Of a stretch of DNA of 64,000 bases, positions 41,259-52,374 are shown one piece after another. Source of the stretch: Candidatus Marinacidobacterales bacterium (GTDB lineage: Bacteria; Acidobacteriota; Vicinamibacteria; Marinacidobacterales; SMYC01). The position numbers and the translations under genes were made by a program. Under the pieces are notes generated by a model. It was not told the origin of the DNA. It saw only the letters and a list, made by a program, of their open reading frames with translations, and did no database searches. How positions within the stretch are numbered: position 1 is the first letter of the stretch; each line of letters starts with the position of its first letter. Location of the stretch: contig CBDCYI010000004.1 in the NCBI GenBank assembly GCA_965224085.1, positions 1,696,001-1,760,000 of the forward strand. Reading direction: 5' to 3'.

Positions 41259-42618
41259 AGTTCTGTTACATAATAATATTTACAAATACGAGTTCGGTAA
41301 GAATTAATACCCTCAATCAAGCACGTCGGGGATGGAGAGTGTAATTCCAGTTGCCGTGGAAGGGGTGGATTTTGAGTCGAAGCTCCTGCATTTCTTCGTT
41401 ACTGACCTTCTGGCCTGTCTCGTAGGAGTTCTTGTCCAGCATGGCCTTTACCTTCAAGCCGGTTCGGGTCTTGGTGTTGCCGATAAGATTGACGACCGCC
41501 TCGTAGCTCACGAGAGGCCGTCCTTTCCAGTTCATGCTGACAAAGGAGAATAGTCGATGTTCGATTTTGTTCCATTTACTGGTTCCCGGTGGATAGTGGC
41601 ATACGGTGATGGGAATCTTCAGTTGGTCCGATAGCTTTTGGAGGTGGAGCTTCCAGCCTCGCAGCCGGTTTCCGTTGCTTCCACCGGCGTCCGCGCAAAC
41701 AAGCAGACGTTTCGCCATCGGATAAGACTTTTTTCCGAGTATGCGCCACCATCTCCGGATGCTTTCTACCTCGAATTCCGCAGTCTCGTGAGTAATGCCG
41801 ACGTTGACCAGCGCTTCGTCGCGGGACACATCGTAAGTCCCATAGGGAATTGCTTTGCCCTCAGCCATACTGGGGAAGTCGTGTACAAGAACCGGCTCAC
41901 CTCCGCCCTTCTTCTTCCTCCACGTTTTACCCCTGTTTTCAAAGGCTCCTATCAATTCCTTCTTCTTGGTATCGACGCTCACGACCGGATCCTTGCTTCG
42001 CATGAACTTGCTTACTTGCTTGTTGATGTAACGAAACTGTTTGTCCCGATCCGGGTGCTGATCCCCTTCCAGTCTCTTCACGTTAGCTTGCAGCGAGTAA
42101 CCCATTTCTCCTAGGCGTCGAGCAACTGTCACGTGCGAGACATCGTGACCTTTGCGTTCAAGCTCCTCCGCCATCGCTCTCGTGGACTTGTTCGTCCATT
42201 TGAGATGCTTCATCGGGTCGCCGGCGGTTCTTTCGTCGAGGATCTTCTTCAGCTGCCGCTCGATTCTCGGGTCTAACTCCTCGACCCGCTTTCTCCCCCC
42301 GCCAGGCTTGCGCACTCGGGCGCTGTCGTCATCAACTATCGGCGCTTTCGCTTTGAGTTCCGCCACGCCCTTCATGATGGTCGGCCGCGACATCCCCGTA
42401 AGTCGTGACAGCCGACTGACCCCGCCGCGTCCTTCTTCAAGCGCCCGTTGAGCCACAAAAACACGCGCTTGCGCTTCGTTCAACGTCCCCAGCACCCTCA
42501 ACCAGTGACGCTCAGACTCTGGTACCTTTCGATCTGTTGCCATCCTCGTATAGTCTCGCAACCAGCAGAGGATAGCAGCAATGACAGTGTATTGTAAATA
42601 TTAATATGTAACAGGTCC
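41259..42618 (-). mobile_element. ISAzo13-family element copy 2 (1360 bp), inserted at the TAA stop of the E2 gene
   Basis: Near-identical to 29801-31160 (protein differs by one A->E); TTA at 41256-41258 and 42619-42621. Confidence 0.95.
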
Positions 42619-43959
42619 TTAGGCCAAGTTGAATTGCTCGAGATGGATTCGGATGCGCTCCAGGAACTGGAAGCCGGTCGCGCCGTCGATGATGCGGTGA
42701 TCGAACGTGAGGGCGAGGACCATGATCGGCCGGATCGCGATGGCGTCATCGACGACGACCGGCTTTTTCTGAATAGCGCCGAGGCCCAGAATCGCGACTT
42801 GAGGTTGCGCGATCATGGGGGTTCCGGTAAGTCCGCCGAACATGCCGGGGTTGGTGATGGTGAACGTCGCGCCTTGCACATCCTCGGGGACGAGGCCATG
42901 ACGCCGCGCTTTCTCGGCGACGTTGTGAATGCTCCTCGCTAGCCCGACGAAGTTCGCTTCGTCGGCGTCGCGGATTACGGGAACGATCAAGCCTTCCTCT
43001 AGGGCAACAGCAATGCCGAGGTGAACGTGTTTTTTGAGTGCGATTTGGTCGCCGATGACGGAGGCGTTGAAGATAGGGAATTCTTTGAGAGCGCGCACCG
43101 TCGCTTCGGCGACGAAAGGCGTGAACGAAAGCGGCACCCCTTCAGCCTCTTCAAAATGTGCCCCATGCTCGTTGCAGCGCCGCACGATGCGATGCATGTC
43201 GCACTCGGTGAAGGACGTCACTTGCGCTGAGATCTGTTGGCTCCAGATCATGTGATTCGCAATTTGCTGGCGCATACCGCTCATCGGGATGAGCTTGTCG
43301 TCGGGCTCGGGCCTATAGAGATATTGTGGTGGAGGAGGCGGCGCGGTCGCAGGTGTCGCCACGGGAGGCGGCGCCGGTGCCTGTAAAGCTTGTGGGGAAG
43401 TCGCTAAGCGCGGACTCGCCGGCCGGCGTTCAATGTAGGCCTGTACATCCTTCTTGGTGATCCGTCCGCCGCGCCCAGAGCCTGCGATCGACAAGAGCTC
43501 CCCCATCGGTAGCCGTTGCCGATTCGCGAGTGAGATCACGGCAGGGGAGAGTTTCTGCCCCCTTTCCTCGGTCGACCCCGCCTCCGTCGCCGCCGGTGCC
43601 GGACGCGGTAGCGGCGGTGGCGTCGGGGCCGTGCGCTGAAACGTCATGGGCTCGTGCGACGAACGAAAATGCCCTGCGTTTGCTTTTGGTTCCGAAGGGG
43701 CCTCGGTCGCCGCCTCGGTCGCGGCGTTCCCGAGCGTGGCGACGACGGTGCCGACCGCCACGGTCTCGCCTTCCTGGACGAGAATCTGCTCCAAGATGCC
43801 GGCCGCGGGTGCGGGCACTTCCGTGTCAACCTTGTCGGTCGTAATCTCGAACAGCGGCTCGTCCCGATCGATGCGCTCGCCGGGCTTCTTGTGCCATTTG
43901 ACGATCGTGCCTTCCGTGATGCTTTCGCCCATCTGCGGCATCACGACTTCTGTCGACAT
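42619..43959 (-). CDS. 2-oxoacid dehydrogenase E2 dihydrolipoamide acyltransferase
   Basis: TDKVD lipoyl motif, GSGRGGRITKKD E3-binding domain, FDHRIIDG. Confidence 0.95.
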   Translation of the reverse strand: MSTEVVMPQMGESITEGTIVKWHKKPGERIDRDEPLFEITTDKVDTEVPAPAAGILEQILVQEGETVAVGTVVATLGNAATEAATEAPSEPKANAGHFRSSHEPMTFQRTAPTPPPLPRPAPAATEAGSTEERGQKLSPAVISLANRQRLPMGELLSIAGSGRGGRITKKDVQAYIERRPASPRLATSPQALQAPAPPPVATPATAPPPPPQYLYRPEPDDKLIPMSGMRQQIANHMIWSQQISAQVTSFTECDMHRIVRRCNEHGAHFEEAEGVPLSFTPFVAEATVRALKEFPIFNASVIGDQIALKKHVHLGIAVALEEGLIVPVIRDADEANFVGLARSIHNVAEKARRHGLVPEDVQGATFTITNPGMFGGLTGTPMIAQPQVAILGLGAIQKKPVVVDDAIAIRPIMVLALTFDHRIIDGATGFQFLERIRIHLEQFNLA

Positions 43960-43963
43960 GGTC

Positions 43964-44938
43964 TCAATACTCCAATAGCTCGCGCGCCGTTGCTTCGATT
44001 TTCCCCTCGGACGGTAGAACTGCGTCTTCGAGTGTCGGGCTGAAAGGGATGGGCACGTCGAGCGCGCCGATTCGTTTGACGGGCGCGTCGAGCGCGTCCC
44101 ACGCGCTCTCTACGATGATGGAGGCGACTTCGCCGCCGATGCCGGACGTGAGCTGTGCCTCGTGGACCACGAGCGCTTTGCCCGTCTTCGATGCGCTCGC
44201 AAGAATCGTGTCTTTGTCGAGCGGCGCGAGACTCCTAAGGTCCACGACTTCGATCTCGACGCCTTCAGCGACAAGCCGCTCCGCCACGCCGAGGCAAGTA
44301 TGCACCATGGCGCCGTAAGTCACGATGGTTAGATCCGTCCCGTCACGCTTGATGTCGGCCACGCCGATAGGGACCTCGAAATCTTCATCCGGAACGTCTT
44401 CGCGAATCCGACGATAGAGATGTTTGTGCTCCAAATAAATGACGGGGTTGTTGTCGCGGATCGCCGCTTTCAGGAGTCCTTTGGCCTCGTACGGAGTCGA
44501 AGGCTGGACCACTTTGAGCCCGGCGACGTGGGTGAACCAAGCTTCCGGGTTTTGCGAGTGATAGGGCCCGCCCCGGAAGCCTCCGCCCGACGGTCCGCGA
44601 AACACGACGGGAACGGGAATGCCCCACCGGTAATAGCACTTGGCCGCGAAGTTGACGATTTGATCGAAGGCGCAGGCTATGAAGTCGGCGAATTGAAACT
44701 CGACGACGGGCCGGAAACCCATGATCGCGGCGCCGCACGCCGCACCGGTGAAACCGGACTCCGAGATCGGTGTATCGATAACACGCTCCTCACCGAACTC
44801 TTCGATGAAGCCGCGCGTGACTTTGAACGCGCCGCCAAAAACGCCGATATCTTCCCCCATGAGGAACACGGAAGGGTCGCGCCGCATTTCGTCCCGCAGC
44901 GCTTGACTGATCGCATCCAAATAACTGACGACGGCCAT
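43964..44938 (-). CDS. 2-oxoacid dehydrogenase E1 beta subunit
   Basis: GEDIG.FGGAF, DTPISE, EFQFADF, HSQNPE, DLRSLAPLD. Confidence 0.95.
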   Translation of the reverse strand: MAVVSYLDAISQALRDEMRRDPSVFLMGEDIGVFGGAFKVTRGFIEEFGEERVIDTPISESGFTGAACGAAIMGFRPVVEFQFADFIACAFDQIVNFAAKCYYRWGIPVPVVFRGPSGGGFRGGPYHSQNPEAWFTHVAGLKVVQPSTPYEAKGLLKAAIRDNNPVIYLEHKHLYRRIREDVPDEDFEVPIGVADIKRDGTDLTIVTYGAMVHTCLGVAERLVAEGVEIEVVDLRSLAPLDKDTILASASKTGKALVVHEAQLTSGIGGEVASIIVESAWDALDAPVKRIGALDVPIPFSPTLEDAVLPSEGKIEATARELLEY

Positions 44939-45152
44939 AGCAATCCCAAGAAAACGGCGAAGTATAACACGCGCGCCGTGCACAGGACCGCTCGTGTAGG
45001 AGAGGTGGAGGAGGTGGGGATATCTCCGCATCCCCCTGCCCTGGGACCGCTCGTTCTAGCGGCGCGAAACAGAGAGGCCTCGGCGCACGTTCCACCGGAG
45101 TCGCATGCCTTCCGCGGCGATGGCGAAATTTTGCGCCGACTTGCCGTGGTGT

Positions 45153-46457
45153 CTAGGCAGACTTTGGCAGCCCCGTTTTCGCGATGTGCTCGAAAACGTC
45201 GCAGAAATAATCGAGCTCGTCGAGCGTGGTGTAGATGTTCGGCGTGACGCGCAGGCCGCGAAACTCATCGTGATTGATAGCGACCACGATGATCTTGTGT
45301 TTGTCCCAAAAATAGGTCGCCATGGCGCTCGGCTCCGTGCCTTGGAGCTCGACATTCGCGATGGCGCAGCTCATCTTGGGATTCATCGAGGTATGAAGAC
45401 GAACTTTGGGGATCTCCATCAACTTCTTGGCCCAGTAGTTCTTCAAATAGCGAAGGCGTGCTTCTTTGGGTGCGGCCCCAATCGTGTTGTGGAAAGTGAT
45501 CGCTTCGCCGGTCGCGAGGTAGGGCGCTTCCGAGTGCGTTCCAATCTCCTCGAACTTGCGAATGTTGTCGTCCATGCGCTCGGGCGCCGCCATGAGTGGC
45601 CAGAGTTTTTCTATTTTGTCCCGCTTCACATAGAGCAGCCCTGTTCCCTTCGGCGCGAGGAGCCATTTGTGAAGGCTCGTTCCGAAATAGTCGCAGCCGA
45701 CATCTTCCTGTTTGAACTCGAACTGAGCGAAGGAATGGGCTCCGTCGACCATGACCTCGATGTCGTGCTCGCGCGCGAGGGCACAAATCTCCTTAACCGG
45801 CAGGATCTGCCCCGTGAGATTGATCTGGTGTGACATGAGGATCATTTTCGTTCTCGGTGTGAAGGCGTTCTTGAAGCCTTCGATGAGGGCCTCGTCGCTT
45901 TCAGCAGGTGTCGGGATGGTGAACAGCGTCACGTCGATACCCTCCCGGCGGCTGCGTTGATCGAGCGTCGTGCGCATCCGACCATAGTCCTGCGTCGTGG
46001 TGATGACTTCGTCGCCCGACTTCAAGTCGATGCCGAAGAGCAGGATCTCGAGCGCCTCGGAGGCGTTGCGCACGAGAGCGATTTCTTCCGGATCGCAGCC
46101 GAAAACGCGCCCCAGGCCCTGGCGGACCGACTCGCGGAACGGAGGGAGCAAACGCGCCAAGGTGTAGGACGGAGCTTCTTCCTGCTGCCAAATGTAGTTA
46201 ACGACGGCTTCGGTGACGATCCGCGGCGAGGGGCAGCAATAGCCATTGTTGAGATTGATCATACGACGCGACACGCTGAACGCCTGCTGGATTTCACGCC
46301 AGTAGGTCTCGTTCTGCCCCACGTCGACCGCGCTCTGTGTCGCCACGCTTCGCGTAGCCGCCTCGACACGGCCTAGCGTCGCGGAATCGAAAAGCGAGCT
46401 AACACTGTAAGCGCCCATCCCCGCGCCAAGGGTCCTCAGAAAGCTACGTCGTTCCAT
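45153..46457 (-). CDS. Tat-exported class V PLP enzyme (cysteine desulfurase / isopenicillin-N-epimerase-like)
   Basis: MERRSFL twin-Arg signal, DGAH, SLHKW PLP lysine. Confidence 0.9.
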   Translation of the reverse strand: MERRSFLRTLGAGMGAYSVSSLFDSATLGRVEAATRSVATQSAVDVGQNETYWREIQQAFSVSRRMINLNNGYCCPSPRIVTEAVVNYIWQQEEAPSYTLARLLPPFRESVRQGLGRVFGCDPEEIALVRNASEALEILLFGIDLKSGDEVITTTQDYGRMRTTLDQRSRREGIDVTLFTIPTPAESDEALIEGFKNAFTPRTKMILMSHQINLTGQILPVKEICALAREHDIEVMVDGAHSFAQFEFKQEDVGCDYFGTSLHKWLLAPKGTGLLYVKRDKIEKLWPLMAAPERMDDNIRKFEEIGTHSEAPYLATGEAITFHNTIGAAPKEARLRYLKNYWAKKLMEIPKVRLHTSMNPKMSCAIANVELQGTEPSAMATYFWDKHKIIVVAINHDEFRGLRVTPNIYTTLDELDYFCDVFEHIAKTGLPKSA

Positions 46458-46481
46458 TCCGATCTCCTAGGTTTTTGGAGT

Positions 46482-46571
46482 AACGAAAGGAGAGGTGGAG
46501 ATAGGAGGAGATAAGGAGATAAAGCCGTTTCGCTTTCCCTCATCTCGTCCTATCCGCACCTTCCCTTCGTT
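46482..46571. repeat. Long imperfect purine/pyrimidine hairpin (REP-like or terminator); related shorter one at ~44998-45042
   Basis: AACGAA..GGTG..GATAGGA..GAGAT..AAAGC / GCTTT..ATCTC..TCCTATC..CACC..TTCGTT; GGAGAGGTGGAG shared by both sites. Confidence 0.55.
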
Positions 46572-46583
46572 TTCATCAGCCTG

Positions 46584-46795
46584 CTACAACCAAAACTCGG
46601 TTCTTATGAACCGGACGATGTCGCGGGTCCATATGTTGGCGACGAAGCTCGTGCCGCAATAGATCTTGGCAACGCCCGTCATGCCTGGCTTGAAGATGTG
46701 ATCATCGTTAGGAATATGGGCCCGCAAGAGGACCGTCGACGCGTGGCCGTCCGGGGTGGCTACCGGTGCGATCTCGTCCACGGTCGCCTCGAGAT
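46584..46795 (-). pseudogene. C-terminal fragment of an HlyD/RND periplasmic adaptor
   Basis: VDEIAP..IPNDDHIFKPGMTGVAKI..RFIRTEFW. Confidence 0.7.
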
Positions 46796-49130
46796 CAGCC
46801 ACTGTCCATCCTCGACGTTCGGGAACGGCCTCACATAGACCTCGTACTGGCCCGAGGCGTCCGACTCGTAGGCCAGCCACCGGCCGTCGGGAGAGATCTC
46901 CCCGTTCCGTTCGTTGAACTCGGTCGCCAGAAGGGGCTCCGAAGAGCCCTCGAGGGAAAGCCTTCCGAGGTTGGAATCTTGCCTTCCGAATTCGGAAAAC
47001 ACCAACTGCTTCCCGTCCGGGGTGAAGGCGGATGGAAATTGCAGGTTCTCGCTTTCGGTCAGTCGCTCGACCGTACCGGTGCCGTCGGCCGCTTTCCAGT
47101 AAAGGTTAAATCCGCCGTCACGGTTAGAGGCGAACGCTACCTTCCTTCCGTCCGGCGTCCAAACCGGGTAGAAGTCCTCGGCGGGAGCGAACGTTAGCCG
47201 CGTCAGTGTCTCGCGGGCGAAGTCCCAGATCCAAATGTCGTTCTCCTGGTCGCGCACATCGAGGGCGAGACGGCCCCCATCGGGAGAGATGCGTGGATAC
47301 CTATAGGCACGCGGCTCGGCTGCCAGCGCCTCTTCTCTTCCGTCCCGATCCACCCAGACGAGCGTGCGGTCCACTAGACTACTGCCGGCCACATAGACCA
47401 ATGCACCGGTGTCCGAGACGCTGAAGTGCGCGGCTCCTGTGCTCAAATCAGCGGTCATGACGCCCTCGGCCATGGGTATGGGACCGCTCGTCACCTCGAG
47501 CTTGTCCACATCAAACGGCACGGCCAAAAGCGTTCCATCCAAGACGTAGACGAGGTGACCCGTCGATACGTAGCGGGCGTCTCTGCCGCCTTCGATCAGA
47601 ACCTTTCTCTCTCTGGTCTCAAGAGAATGCACGACGATTTGCGCATCGTCCCAGTTCGTACCGTCTCCGAGGGTAAAGAGCACGGCTTTTTCGCCCGGCA
47701 AGATCTGCGGGCCATGCCCGACCTCTTCCGTTGCCTCCAGCTGGATGAGAACCTCGGGCGTGCCTCCATCGCCGGACACCTGCAAGATGCCAGTCCCGCG
47801 TTGCCCGAAAACAATGGTGTCATCGGCTCCCCACCGAGCTCCCAAAGGAGGCTGAGCGTCACATAGAGTGACAGGTGCACCACCGCTGACGGCGACCTTC
47901 TTGAGTTGCCGCTGCGCGAAGAATCCTACCCACTCACCGTCGGGAGAGAAGAAAGGACTTCGAGCTTCGCCTTCAGTGCCCCGGACAGGAGTCGCCTCGG
48001 TTTGGTCCATGGCACGGAGGTAGAGCTGTTCGTTCGCACTATACACGAGGCGGGTACCGTCCGACGAGACAGCCACGACGTGACGACCCCTACCTGTGAG
48101 CGTTTCCCCGGGGGGCATTGGAAGTGAAAACCGTGCGACGGGTCGCGGTGGTAGATCGGTCCGCATTACCCTCCACACCCCGACACCGGTGACGACGCTG
48201 AGCGCCAACGCACCAGCGACCGTCCTCGAGCGTCGCCAAGCATTGGCCAGAGGGACGACCTCTTCTGTTCCTGCCATGCTCTCGAACGCCCCGTCCATCG
48301 CCAAACGCACGACACCGATGTCCGGCAACCGCCGTTTCGGATCTTTTTCCAAGCAGCGGGTGAGAAACATGCGAAGCGTCGGATCGAGATCCGCCGGTAA
48401 CGCATCCCAGTCCGGCTCCTTCGTCAACACGTACGCGAGTGTGTCCGATACATCCTCGCTCGCAAACGCACGCTTGCCCGTAAGCATCTCGTACAGCACA
48501 ACACCGAACGCCCAAACATCTGCCCTCTTATCGACCTTCTTGCCCTTAGCTTGCTCCGGACTCATGTAAGCCGCGGTCCCGAGAATCACTCCAACCCGAG
48601 TCGCATCTCGTGTGAGTGTGGGTGACATTGAGCTATCAGCCTCAGCTGTTTCCTCTTGGAAGACTTTCGCCAGACCGTAGTCCAGGACTTTGATCTTCCC
48701 GTCCTCCGTCTGCTTGACGTTCGCCGGTTTCAGGTCTCTGTGAACGATGCCCTGTTCGTGCGCTTCCTCAAGTGCTTCCGCCATCTTGCGGGCGATGTCG
48801 AGAGCTTCTTCTAATGGGATGGGACCGCGTGAGATCCGCTCTGCGAGAGTCTCGCCGGGAACGAGCTCGAGCACGAGGTAGTGGGTGCTGTCGGAATGCT
48901 CCAAGCCGTAGATCGAAGCGATGTTCGGGTGGTTGAGAGACGCGAGGACCTTTGCCTCTCGTTGGAATCGTCCCAGGCGTTGTTCGTCTTTGGCGAACTC
49001 TTCCGGCAAGACCTTAATCGCCACATCCCGTCCGAGCTTTGAGTCTTTCGCCCGATAGACCTCACCCATCCCGCCTTTGCCAATGGGCTCGATGATCTCG
49101 TAGTGGGCGAGCTTGTGACCGGGCTGCACA
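46790..49130 (-). CDS. Hanks-type Ser/Thr kinase with TM and TolB/PD40 repeats; C-terminus truncated, start uncertain
   Basis: GKGGMGEVY, VAIK, HRDLKPAN, DYG, AYMSPEQ; repeated SPDG; ends at GQWLIS. Confidence 0.9.
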
Positions 49131-49477
49131 ACGCCGACGATGTTACGCCGATGGTCGACGGTCGGCAACTAGGGAACGACGCGCGTAAAGGTCTCTAGAC
49201 CGGGAACGCGGATGGATCGCGTGGGACGGGTCGAATTTCTTCTGGCGGAGATTCGATGGCAGAGCTTATAGGAGGCTAACGCCTTGGGGGGCTGGGCGCT
49301 CAAAAACACCTCGACGCAGGACGGCAAGTTTGGAAGGGTGAATCCCTTCAGCCATTTGTGACGCGACCCTTCTGTCTGTCCCGCTGAGCCGGAACGCAAC
49401 CTTGCTACAATTGATGAAAGCGACAATTCAGAACCGCCAGCACTGAGTTGGAGGCGGTTTTCATAGGGAGTCAACCG

Positions 49478-49705
49478 ATGAGGTGCGCGGTCATCGTATT
49501 TCTCGTGCTCGGTTGCTTGCAAGATCACGTAGCTGCCGGAGAGCAACACAGCGCGTCTGCTGAAGAGGACGAGCTCGATGCGGGTATGCGGGTGAGAGTT
49601 TCGACTCCTGACGTCGACAAAATAACCGGACGCATCGAGAAGCTCACCGCAGATACCCTTGTGATCAAACTCGACAAAGAGTCTCGTTCCATCGATATCC
49701 GCGGC
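49478..49705 (+). pseudogene. Secreted protein N-terminus, truncated at a junction
   Basis: GGGAG RBS, signal peptide, GMRVRV..GRIEKLTADTLVI, then collides with the convergent gene. Confidence 0.5.
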
Positions 49706-50430
49706 GGTGGCGGAACACTTGGAAAACGCCGAACGCGACGAGCGCCGTCGGATAAGCGGCAAGGGCGAGCGGGCGTAGGAATGAGCTCATGGAGTGACCT
49801 GCGAGGAGCGGACGGTCCATCCCGAGATCGGGCATGCCCGTTTGGCTGTACCACGGAGCGGTAACGAATAGGAGCAACGGAAGGTAGAGCGCCGCGTTGA
49901 AGAAGAGCTGATCGGCGCGGTTGTCGACGGGGTCGTCGAAATCGTCGTTTCGACGCTTGTAAAGCACGAGAAAACCCCAGTGCTGGCGCACCACATGGTA
50001 ATAGGCCCAGAGGCGGAAGAAGACGAAGAAGACGTGAGAGCCGAGCGCCATATTCGCAGGTGTCAGTGGCACGAAAAGCCCGAGCACGTACGGCCCGAAC
50101 ACAGCGATCGGCCCGAGCGCAAACCAGCCGAGCGACACGAAGAGCACACTTCGCCGCTGGGACCAGTCGTCGGGGTCGAGCCAAGTCCGTGCGAGCGTCG
50201 CCCATACGTGCGGGGCATCGATGAGAAGGGACCAGCCCGCGAAGACCAAGAGCCCGAGTGTGAAAGCGATCTCGAAGCCTCCCAGACGGAGCTGGAAAAT
50301 CGGTTCCCCTATGGGATCATCCAAACCGTGGCCCGCGATTAGAACGAGTGCGACATGGAACCATCCAGCAAGCGACGAGCCGATATACCAGGGGATATCG
50401 GTCCTCGAACTGTGAAACCACTTCCACGTA
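49700..50430 (-). CDS. His-motif integral membrane protein, C-terminus apparently truncated
   Basis: DAPHVWATL, WAYYHVVRQHWGF; several TM segments. Confidence 0.65.
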
Positions 50431-50509
50431 CACTTCAATGGATTTGGCCTATGGCGCTGGACCCCGTATACTAAATTAACATCCAAAAAAAATCAGAAAG
50501 GTCCAAGCG

Positions 50510-50938
50510 ATGCATGTCGGAACGTATATGACTCGTGATCCGATCACGGTGTCCGAGGACACGAGTATGAAGGAGGCCATGCTACTCCTTCGTACCCATA
50601 AGATCCGCCACCTGCCTGTCGCAAACGGCAAACAGCTCGTCGGGCTCGTCTCGGACCGGGATATTCGCCGGGCGTCTCCATCGCTACTGTCCGGCATCGG
50701 CAAAAACGAATATGAGCAAGTCCTCGACGACACCACTGTGGCCCGTATCATGACCCGAGAGCCCTTTACCGTGGCCGAGAACACGACTGTCGAAGATGCC
50801 GTGCGGGTCTTGGTCGAGCGGAAGTTTGGGAGTCTCCCGGTCGTCGCGGGCACGGATCTCGTCGGCATTTTCACCGAAATCGATGCCCTGAAAGTCCTCC
50901 TAAGCCAGCTAAACGGGGCTAGCACTCGAGCCCGCTGA
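50510..50938 (+). CDS. CBS-pair protein (AcuB-like)
   Basis: MTRDPITV, IRHLPV..LVGLVSDRD, LPVV..LVGIFTE.D. Confidence 0.92.
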   Translation: MHVGTYMTRDPITVSEDTSMKEAMLLLRTHKIRHLPVANGKQLVGLVSDRDIRRASPSLLSGIGKNEYEQVLDDTTVARIMTREPFTVAENTTVEDAVRVLVERKFGSLPVVAGTDLVGIFTEIDALKVLLSQLNGASTRAR

Positions 50939-50995
50939 GCGTGTCCGCCTCCGCCAAGGGGCTCGGATGGACCCCAACTAAGCGGATTCGCTAGC

Positions 50996-52327
50996 TCAAG
51001 CGCGGATCTTGATCTTGTCCCGCCCCTCGTCCAAATCTGGCGTACCGAGCTGCCCTTCCGAGGCCGCGACGATCGTCGCCACAGTGGCGTCCCCCGTAAC
51101 GTTCGTTGCGGTTCTAAGCATGTCGAGGATACGGTCCACACCGAAGATGAGGGCGATCCCAGCGGTTGGTACGTTGATCTGCTGAAGGATGATGACGAGC
51201 ATGATGATGCCTGCTCCGGGAACGGCAGCCGTTCCGATGGAGGCCAAGACCGCCGTGAGCACGATCGTCATTTGCCCATACAAGCCGATGTCCATACCGA
51301 GAGATTGGGCGATGAACACCGCGGCGACGGCCTGGTAAAGAGCCGTACCATCCATATTCACCGTCGCCCCGAGCGGTAGCACGAACGACGAGACTTCCTC
51401 CGAGACACCGAGCTTTTCCTCACACCGCTCCATCGTGAGTGGCAAAGTCGCTCCGCTCGAGCTCGTGGAAAAGGCGACGAGCTGCACCGGAGCGATGCCT
51501 TTGATAAAAGTCTTGAGCTTCATGGGAGTGAAGGCCTTCAACAAACCGAAATAGGTCAAGCTCATGTGTAAGACGAGCCCTAGGACGACGACGACGCTGT
51601 AGTAGCCGAGCGCTCCTAGAAGGTCCAACACTTGGCCAACATCGCCACTTCCGACGAGTTGGGTAATCGTGCGCGCAATCAGCGAGAACACGCCGACAGG
51701 TGCCATCAACATGATGAGGTCAACGAGACGGATCACGACAGCGTTCAAACCTTCGAAAATATCGAGCAGCGGCTTCGCTGTATCTTTTGGCACCTGGATC
51801 AACCCGATACCCACGAAGATGGCGACGAAGACGACTTGGAGCATGTTTCGATTGCTCGAGGCGGACGATAAGAAATTCGAGGGAACGATGTCCTCGAGTA
51901 GCTGCAGGGGGCCGCGATCGTCGACGACTTCGGCCTGCTCCTCACGTTCGCTGACGTTGTCGGCGAACTCAGCCTGAAGCCTTTCTCTCGCCTGCGGAGG
52001 TAGGGCGTCGCCCGGGCGCGTGATGTTTACGAGCAAAAGGCCGATGACAACCGCGATCGCAGTGGTCCCGATATAGATCGCGATAGTTTTGCTCCCGATG
52101 CGCGACAGCTTGCGCAAGTCGCTCAGGGAGGCCACTCCCGTGATCAAGGACGAGAGAACGAGAGGCACCGCGATCAGCTGAAGCCCATTGATGAAGACCG
52201 TGCCGAAAGGAGCGATCCAATCCGAAGTGAATCTACCCCATCCATTGGCGGCTGCGATGACGCCGTAAACGACGCCCAGCAGAAGTCCGACGATGATTTG
52301 CCAGTGAAGCTTGCGATACCAAAGCAT
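50996..52327 (-). CDS. Dicarboxylate/amino acid:cation symporter (DAACS, GltP-like)
   Basis: AFSTSSS, GATVNMDG, GTAAVPG, DRILDMLRT. Confidence 0.95.
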   Translation of the reverse strand: MLWYRKLHWQIIVGLLLGVVYGVIAAANGWGRFTSDWIAPFGTVFINGLQLIAVPLVLSSLITGVASLSDLRKLSRIGSKTIAIYIGTTAIAVVIGLLLVNITRPGDALPPQARERLQAEFADNVSEREEQAEVVDDRGPLQLLEDIVPSNFLSSASSNRNMLQVVFVAIFVGIGLIQVPKDTAKPLLDIFEGLNAVVIRLVDLIMLMAPVGVFSLIARTITQLVGSGDVGQVLDLLGALGYYSVVVVLGLVLHMSLTYFGLLKAFTPMKLKTFIKGIAPVQLVAFSTSSSGATLPLTMERCEEKLGVSEEVSSFVLPLGATVNMDGTALYQAVAAVFIAQSLGMDIGLYGQMTIVLTAVLASIGTAAVPGAGIIMLVIILQQINVPTAGIALIFGVDRILDMLRTATNVTGDATVATIVAASEGQLGTPDLDEGRDKIKIRA

Positions 52328-52374
52328 AAGGCTGGCGATGATATCAGTTGCCAGCCGTCAGTTGCCAGTCAGCG

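Noticed and set aside
29801-42618. Composite transposon or inversion between the two inverted ISAzo13 copies
   Set aside because: The flanks of copy 1 rejoin into one in-frame gene and each copy has its own target duplication, so these are independent insertions.
52345-52372. Short CAGTTGCCAG duplication
   Set aside because: Only two copies of a 10-mer; too little to assign a function.
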